A stretch of 32,000 nucleotides of DNA from Acaryochloris marina S15 (GTDB taxonomy: Bacteria > Cyanobacteriota > Cyanobacteriia > Thermosynechococcales > Thermosynechococcaceae), in NCBI RefSeq assembly GCF_018336915.1, contig NZ_CP064923.1, positions 3,780,001 to 3,812,000 of the forward strand, in the 5' to 3' direction. Within the stretch, counting starts at the first letter, position 1; every line of letters starts with the position of its first letter. Shown here one piece after another: positions 27,101 to 32,000 of the stretch. The position numbers were made by a program, and so were the translations under genes. The notes under the pieces are model-generated. The model saw only the letters and a list, made by a program, of their open reading frames with translations. It did no database searches and had not been told where the DNA came from.

Positions 27101-29356
27101 GATACCATTCGGTTGCAACAAGGTGAATTGCGCGATCGCAACAACTTATATCAGCTCCAAGCCAACGTGGTACCTGGCATCAATCCCAAATTTTCAGGAA
27201 CGCTCAACATTCGCCAATCTGAAATTGCCGATCTCGTCACTGCGGCAACATCCCTCAACCTCAATCCATCGGTATCTCAGGGTCAGTCCCAAGGGAAAGC
27301 CGAAGATGTCGAAACGCTTCCCGTAGGTTCAGCCCAAGGGTCTTTACTCATGCAGCTTCGACGTCTGTCTGAGTTAGATGCTTTAACTACGCAGCAGCAA
27401 GCCCAAGCTCCCCCAGACCCCCTATTTCCCGATTTAGCTGAGTTATCAGGTAAGCTCGCAGGCCGCCTGCAGTTTTCAGGCTCTTTACAATCGGGACTAG
27501 ATACTCGCTTTGCCCTAAAGACTCAGGCTTTAAAGTGGGGGGACTATGCCATTGATCTCATGACTGCTCAGGGGCAATATGCAGATGGCAGCCTGCAGCT
27601 CCGACCTTTGCGGGTGACAACAGGGAAACAGGAAGCCCAGTTTCAAGGAACGATTGGCCTTCAGCAGCAATCTGGCCAGTTAACTCTGAAGAATCTGCCT
27701 TTGCAAGGACTGAATCAATTCCTCGATTTGCCCTTTGAGGTGGCTGGCACTGTCAATGGTTCTGCTAGCCTTGCCGGTACTTTAGCCAATCCTCAGCTTC
27801 AGGGCGAGCTGAAATGGGATGAGGCCATGGTGAATACCCTTGCCCTCAATCAAGCTCGGTCGACCTTTGCCTATAATCGAGGACGATTGACCTTTGAAGG
27901 TGGCTCAGATGCCCTTCCATTCAGGTTTACAGGGAATATCCCTTATCAATTACCCTTGACTGCGGTGGGACCGGATAGCGATGCCCTGGAAGTGTCTCTG
28001 AAAGTGAAGGATGATGGCCTGTCTCTGATTAATCTGTTTACGGATCAGCTCAATTGGGTAGAGGGTCAGGGAGAAATCGATCTCAATATAACGGGTACCC
28101 TAACCCAACCTTCCATGCAGGGGAGTATCCAGCTCAACCAGGCAACCTTAGGGTCTGATCTATTATTTGAACCCCTCACAAATGTTACTGGAATCATTCA
28201 ATTCGATCGCAATCATTTGCGGATTAAACGTCTGAACGGACTCTATAGCCAGGGCAAACTAGAGGCTTCGGGGAGTCTCCCCCTATTTGTGTCCGAGGCA
28301 TCTCCTTCTTCTGATTCCCTGCAACTAGCCCTCAAAGCCCTCAAGCTCAATGTCAAAGGACTATATAAAGGTCAAATTGATGGTGATCTGAATATTTCCG
28401 GCTCGCTGTTAGCCCCTCAATTGGGAGGAGTGATGGCCTTGACGAATGGTCAGGTCATTTTGGCTGATGTGAATGTTGCTTCCTCCAGTGCTCCAGGACA
28501 ATTTGGACAAACCACTCCCCTGGAATTTAATAACCTTCAAGTTCAGCTCAATAATAATGTTCGGGTCACTCAGCCCCCCTTGCTTAGTTTTGTTGCTGCC
28601 GGTAATGTAACCGTCAACGGCTCTATTAATGCCCCGCGTCCTGCCGGTAAAATTCGATTCCGTCAGGGATCTGTGAATCTATTTACCAGTCGTTTTCGGA
28701 TTGATTCTCGCCAAGATAATTTTGCCGAATTCGATCCAAGTTTGGGATTAGATCCTTTTCTCAGCATTGGCATGGTGACGACTGCCACAGATATCGCGGG
28801 AGGACGGGCCACGGAATTGAACGAGTTTGAAGACTTACCCGCAGGTCGAATTGGGGCGATTGAATCCGTGCGAGTCCGGGCTACGGTAGAAGGGCGTGCC
28901 AGTGAGCTAGTCAATAACTTTAATCAAGTGGTGAAACTTTCTAGCACGCCCAGCCGATCAGAAGGTGAAATTCTGGCCTTGTTAGGAGGGAGTGTCACAA
29001 ATAATTTAGAAGATGGAAATACAGAACTAGCCTTAGTAAATTTAGCTAGCTCAGCGTTTCTAACTGGTTTTGAAGGATTATTCGCAGATGCGCTTGGGAC
29101 ACGAGCTAGTTTTCGTGTGTTTCCAGTTTTAATCCCTAATGATGACCAAGACCAGTCCGTGTTGGCATTTGGTGCAGAACTAGGTTACGACGTGACGGAT
29201 CGTTTCTCAGTATCAGCCCTGCAAATCTTAACGGGATTGGATGAAGCGACATTATTTAATGCAAGTTACGACATTAATGAGCAATTGCGGGTTCGAAGTG
29301 CTATCAGTACTGATGGAGAAGCTGTTGGCATTCTCGAATATCGCATTCGTTTTTAA
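24170..29356 (+). CDS. tamB: TamB-like translocation and assembly module protein (AsmA-like, DUF490 C-terminus; cyanobacterial counterpart of plant TIC236)
   Basis: 1728-aa ORF with a single N-terminal TM anchor (LHFLLIVVGLLLAAISGVSWWVL). It has very long repetitive beta-rich sequence with recurring G.L.G...L.G.L..P...G motifs. The C-terminal TamB/DUF490-type segment ends ...GILEYRIRF. Confidence 0.9.
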   Translation: MPQSSPPGQASRPSPPHRHFTRLHFLLIVVGLLLAAISGVSWWVLRFIDEDLTPLVAKELSKTLNRPVKIGDVQNYSLTHIRFGPSEIPACSPQQGCAKEDADSAKMEAVDIRFNLLPILWSRKLHLDATLIKPHLYLDQTQDGEWIATRLRSGPSKAWIKVKLNQLRVQQGTAQIDPAKIETRQLSQLNGTLNFSNPETLYFNTTSQVDSGGTLSMKGAWQSQQQQLEVNAKAEDLVAAPLMGLLPKLPFEINKGQLNGQFQVKVRPQQPLTIHSDATLFQGDIWIPKQAIRVQANNIRTDVRIEVPIQRPVELKGEAFVEGARADVPEDLLLDNQRQQPRRLSQLQGKVDFLGLKQRFRFDLKGRMGQSGRLQARGVASFLEQQSNMRLQLQNLPAPLFDQAYQLPMTVDSGQVSASIRVNLRPKQRPDVQGTALLKRVEMGIVNVPQPFRRVRGYLRFKGIAVRLEGLQGDYGQIPMQATGWIDPDRGYRLVGKTEWVAAQPMLETLQVTGLPFPVTGKFKGDNLRFDGAIDQPIFSGSIQLAKQPKVDRVPFKQLTAKFQLADALLKMENIEAETIVGGRFRGTARFDVQPGGQLLTQLEASEIPGNAIAQFYQADPGFPLGPLQGQIKIFGPPEDIRTNVDFQALKGQFPTRGNILIHQSIAQLRRIVTQVPGGELRTQGQIKDNQVNVTTMTPGVTLKAYSPDTRGLMTGQLNITGPFDGFSVNTVRAQGKARFSDGIAIVYDPIAAQIQWDGQQILVDQATAPGFWSQGQVGLDFDSPQGPQLTTLNLAVRSQGYDLGLFPPFGPTQVKMAGRANLVGQLTGTIEDPYLDSTVQINNLLVGGVPFENTLKGKMQYGQQAKLDLRVSGQRDRINLALNSNQLPTSFDIRRDQAWAIGKTEQGKLNLDFQDVPLAALNWQPVDNLGPLSGLSSGEFSLNPTTYVGAGTLTVKRPAIGKLVGDQFLGRFQLTSDTIRLQQGELRDRNNLYQLQANVVPGINPKFSGTLNIRQSEIADLVTAATSLNLNPSVSQGQSQGKAEDVETLPVGSAQGSLLMQLRRLSELDALTTQQQAQAPPDPLFPDLAELSGKLAGRLQFSGSLQSGLDTRFALKTQALKWGDYAIDLMTAQGQYADGSLQLRPLRVTTGKQEAQFQGTIGLQQQSGQLTLKNLPLQGLNQFLDLPFEVAGTVNGSASLAGTLANPQLQGELKWDEAMVNTLALNQARSTFAYNRGRLTFEGGSDALPFRFTGNIPYQLPLTAVGPDSDALEVSLKVKDDGLSLINLFTDQLNWVEGQGEIDLNITGTLTQPSMQGSIQLNQATLGSDLLFEPLTNVTGIIQFDRNHLRIKRLNGLYSQGKLEASGSLPLFVSEASPSSDSLQLALKALKLNVKGLYKGQIDGDLNISGSLLAPQLGGVMALTNGQVILADVNVASSSAPGQFGQTTPLEFNNLQVQLNNNVRVTQPPLLSFVAAGNVTVNGSINAPRPAGKIRFRQGSVNLFTSRFRIDSRQDNFAEFDPSLGLDPFLSIGMVTTATDIAGGRATELNEFEDLPAGRIGAIESVRVRATVEGRASELVNNFNQVVKLSSTPSRSEGEILALLGGSVTNNLEDGNTELALVNLASSAFLTGFEGLFADALGTRASFRVFPVLIPNDDQDQSVLAFGAELGYDVTDRFSVSALQILTGLDEATLFNASYDINEQLRVRSAISTDGEAVGILEYRIRF

Positions 29357-29362
29357 CCACCT

Positions 29363-29890
29363 ATGACCCTTGCTACTTGGATCACGATTTCCCGCTTATT
29401 TGCCTTACCTTTTCTGCTTTATGGCTTACAGGGCGATATTGTGGCTTCTTCCCCTACCACTCGCTGGATTTGTTTAGCCATATTCATTGTGGCTGCTGGC
29501 ACTGATTGGCTAGATGGTTATCTAGCTCGTAAATTAGATCAAGTGACAGATCTTGGGAAATTCCTAGATCCCCTCGTAGATAAATTACTGATTTTGGGTC
29601 CCCTGATTGCACTAGTCGAACTAGGCCAGATCCCCGCCTGGAGTGTGGTGATTATTCTGACTCGGGAGTTAACCATTGCTGGGTGGCGTGTTCAGCAAAC
29701 CCAAATTTCAGGAGCTAATGGGTGGGGCAAAGCTAAAACCGTTCTGCAGATTGTTGCTGTTTCCTTCTTGATTGCACCCTTGTCAGGGGTGTGGATGCCC
29801 ATTTCTTTAGGCGTTTATGCTGCTTCGGTTTGCCTGACCGTCGTTTCTGGCATTGTATATGTGCTGCCTCAATCACCTCTTATTCCATAA
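29363..29890 (+). CDS. pgsA: CDP-diacylglycerol--glycerol-3-phosphate 3-phosphatidyltransferase
   Basis: 175-aa ORF with the CDP-alcohol phosphatidyltransferase motif DWLDGYLARKLDQVTDLGKFLDPLVDKL. The size is typical of PgsA. It starts 6 nt after the tamB stop. Confidence 0.9.
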   Translation: MTLATWITISRLFALPFLLYGLQGDIVASSPTTRWICLAIFIVAAGTDWLDGYLARKLDQVTDLGKFLDPLVDKLLILGPLIALVELGQIPAWSVVIILTRELTIAGWRVQQTQISGANGWGKAKTVLQIVAVSFLIAPLSGVWMPISLGVYAASVCLTVVSGIVYVLPQSPLIP

Positions 29891-30370
29891 CGCTAGAAAA
29901 TTCCAGCAAAGAGTTTAGATTGAGCGTTAAGAATATTTTAATTTTTTTGTAATTTCAGTATTTCCCGTAGCACCTTCTTTTTGAAACCTAAATAGTCAAA
30001 GGTATATTAACGGATTGGAGTTGTATATTTACCTTTTGCCTATGTATAAGAAGTTATCTGAGATATGAAAAGTGTTCGTTTTTTTCTCCGCAAGATTACG
30101 GAGTAAGAGAACTAGTAGGTTTCTGTAAAGCCTATTATGAAAGGCTTATGTGAATTCACGGAAGTATTTTTCCAGTGATCTTACGGAAGATATTTTTGTT
30201 GGATTAGAGCAAGATACTAATAGTAGATTCGTATTTCTTAGACAAACTGTATACCTCACTGCATTTAGAGAAAGAGCCGATCTTGTTCATTTGTTCTGCA
30301 GCATTCAGGTTTTCAGAAATAGTCAAGTCCCATCGTCTCACTCATATCGTCACTTCACCTTATTAATCAT

Positions 30371-30913
30371 ATGAAAGTTATCCATTCACATGATAATTCC
30401 GGCAATTCCGAGAACAAGCAGCCTATTGAGATGCTGAAAGACGGACAACTATTATCTTTATCCCAAAGCTACCCAGCAGGATTAATTCTGCAAAAACCTT
30501 ATTATGCCGAGTATATTGGTCCAGGTTCGGCTGTAGGAGGGATGTTTGATCTACAGTGCGTCACTATTCACCCCTTGGGCAAAGTTGAACTCAGTGCTCC
30601 TGAAACGTTGGATGAGCGCCAAAATGCGTTTCAAAAGAGAATGGAAGATATTGAGCACATGCAGCTGATTTGTGAAAAAGATTTACCGATAGAACGGGCT
30701 GTTGCCGTTCTTGAAATGCTATCTCAGCATTTTTATCAAGATGAAATCCAAATGATTCCCAATGAAATTTTGGCTAAGCTCGTGGGGGTTTTACCTTCAA
30801 CGATGGCGGCAGCTTGGCAACAATTATCTACAAGTGGCCACAAGCGGAATACCACTCCACAGTCCTCTACCCCTGAGCCAAATTTTGCTTCCCATGAGGT
30901 GGCGTTTGCCTAG
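30371..30913 (+). CDS. hypothetical protein with possible C-terminal helix-turn-helix
   Basis: 180-aa ORF with normal composition, preceded by a 480-bp AT-rich region and followed by a strong terminator. The segment IPNEILAKLVGVLPSTMAAAWQQL resembles a Crp/Fnr-type HTH, but I cannot place the family. Confidence 0.55.
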   Translation: MKVIHSHDNSGNSENKQPIEMLKDGQLLSLSQSYPAGLILQKPYYAEYIGPGSAVGGMFDLQCVTIHPLGKVELSAPETLDERQNAFQKRMEDIEHMQLICEKDLPIERAVAVLEMLSQHFYQDEIQMIPNEILAKLVGVLPSTMAAAWQQLSTSGHKRNTTPQSSTPEPNFASHEVAFA

Positions 30914-31011
30914 GTTAGGGTCGCTTCTCTTTCCCATACGCTTGAGGATGTATCAAACCTAAATCTATTGAAGTCAGTTGCTTCACTAACTGGGCTTTGA
31001 TACATCGGAAT

Positions 31012-31071
31012 CACCATCAGCCCCACTATTTAGAGCTAACACTCCAAATAGTGGGGCTGATGGTGGTTTTT
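31012..31071 (+). terminator. rho-independent terminator (20-bp perfect stem plus T-tract)
   Basis: CACCATCAGCCCCACTATTT (31012-31031) pairs perfectly with AAATAGTGGGGCTGATGGTG (31046-31065) across a 14-nt loop, followed by GTTTTT. It lies 99 nt after the stop of the 180-aa ORF. Confidence 0.8.
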
Positions 31072-31326
31072 GTAAGGACTAGGCCTAGAATTGTGGGCTG
31101 AAGCGGTTGGGGGATCAAATATCACAGATATCTAAGTTAGGGACTGCCGTCAGTAAATAGATATCATTCATTAATGTATATGTCAGTAGGATAGCGAATT
31201 CCCATCTTATCCTGGCAATCTCTGTCGCAGATTAAACACCTGATTTCTAAAACCAAGCATAGTAAAAGCGTCAACGCCGTGTACAATGCTCTATGAGAGA
31301 GGGAATCCTTCCTGCGATCGCAGAAG

Positions 31327-31357
31327 ACCACCCATCAATTGTATAGGTGGTTTTTTT
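31327..31357 (+). terminator. second terminator-like hairpin with T7 tract
   Basis: ACCACC (31327-31332) pairs with GGTGGT (31346-31351) across a 13-nt loop, then a run of seven T (31351-31357). It is immediately preceded by a HIP1-centred hairpin (31308-31326). Confidence 0.5.
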
Positions 31358-31596
31358 CAAGTGGAATCTATAAAGGTTCTACCCTTCTCCTAGACGATTT
31401 CTTCGGTGCACTTGCACCCAGAGCATAGCACTTACTTCCCTAAAGTGCAGACTCTGTGAAAGGTCATCGTTTTATGACATTACCGATAGAAATTATTGTT
31501 GGCTCTAAAGCTAAAAGTCTTACCAAACATGGTCATCAGTGCCTTGATGGCAATCTGGCAAGAATAAACATAACTTTTGATACTAGAGGGTGATCA

Positions 31597-32000
31597 ATGA
31601 GATTTCGCACTTTAATCGTTACTTTTTTAGCGGTCTGTCTGGGGGTTTTCTCAGTCAACGCCAAGGCTTTGGCAGTTGTACCCAGCTCTATGACCTATGA
31701 CCAGGTAAAAGGCACTGGTCTGGCTGATAGCTGCCCAACCCTTCCTACAGGCACCGGTGACACCATATCAGTCGGAGGCTCTGCCTACATTACAGATTTG
31801 TGTTTCCAACCAACTTCTTTCTTTGTGAAGGAAGAGCCTAAGAACCCTCGCCAAGAGGCCGAATTCGTGCCTGCGAGCGTTATGACTCGGAAAACAACCA
31901 CCCTTGAGCAGATTGAAGGACCTTTGTCTGCTGATGGCGGCGGTCTAACTTTCAAAGAGACCGATGGCATGGACTTCCAAGCCATTACTGTACAAATTTC
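31597..32000 (+). CDS. psbO: photosystem II manganese-stabilising protein PsbO, N-terminal part (runs off window)
   Basis: Not in the ORF track because it has no stop in the window. My translation from ATG 31597 is MRFRTLIVTFLAVCLGVFSVNAKALAVVPSSMTYDQVKGTGLADSCPTL...DLCFQPTSFFVKEEPKNPRQEAEFVPASVMTRKTTTLEQIEGPL...LTFKETDGMDFQAITVQI. This matches PsbO as I recall it (GTGLAN.CP, FVKEEP, LTR.TTSLEQI, FKEKDGIDFQPITV). Confidence 0.95.
   Translation, partial: MRFRTLIVTFLAVCLGVFSVNAKALAVVPSSMTYDQVKGTGLADSCPTLPTGTGDTISVGGSAYITDLCFQPTSFFVKEEPKNPRQEAEFVPASVMTRKTTTLEQIEGPLSADGGGLTFKETDGMDFQAITVQI

Noticed and set aside
30150-30374. 74-aa ORF upstream of the 180-aa gene
   Set aside because: It has a non-ATG start in AT-rich DNA and no RBS. 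It overlaps the repeat-bearing putative regulatory region, and its sequence looks non-protein-like.
31785-31985. 66-aa minus-strand ORF
   Set aside because: It is antisense to the clearly recognisable psbO coding sequence.
1-32000. Mobile elements, CRISPR arrays, tRNA/rRNA genes and defence-system genes
   Set aside because: I scanned by eye. There are no transposase- or integrase-like ORFs, no regularly spaced direct repeats, no tRNA-like T-arm/acceptor signatures outside coding sequence, and no nuclease/helicase/ATPase gene pairs of defence type.

Overview
This is a cyanobacterial chromosomal segment. I counted 14 perfect HIP1 octamers (GCGATCGC) by eye, and the window carries kaiABC, chlD, psbO, a TamB/TIC236-type giant protein and DevBCA-type exporter genes. 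Most of it is conserved housekeeping. In order: a YbjN-like ORF truncated at the left edge, glgB, a class-I glutamine amidotransferase, kaiA-kaiB-kaiC, a GT2-TPR glycosyltransferase, a small membrane protein, a TetR regulator divergent from a devB/devC/devA-like exporter, chlD, DUF3084-like and DUF3110-like genes, tamB-pgsA, and the 5' part of psbO. The least ordinary part is 12.7-18.35 kb. It holds two tandem paralogous ~510-aa proteins with a PilX_N-type hydrophobic N-terminus. Each is preceded by its own copy of a conserved ~140-nt upstream module containing a perfect AGTGTT-N7-AACACT dyad. Two prepilin-type minor pilin genes follow, joined by an ATGA start/stop overlap. I read this as a poorly characterised type IV pilus minor-pilin/tip module with a duplicated cis-regulatory leader. 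Other points worth a second look are a twin 19-20 bp palindromic operator between tetR and devB, two AT-rich stretches with orphan ORFs (18.35-19.6 kb and 29.9-30.4 kb), a candidate small RNA upstream of psbO, and the 6-nt tamB-pgsA junction. I saw no tRNA, rRNA, CRISPR array or transposase. All family assignments come from reading the translations from memory. No searches were run.
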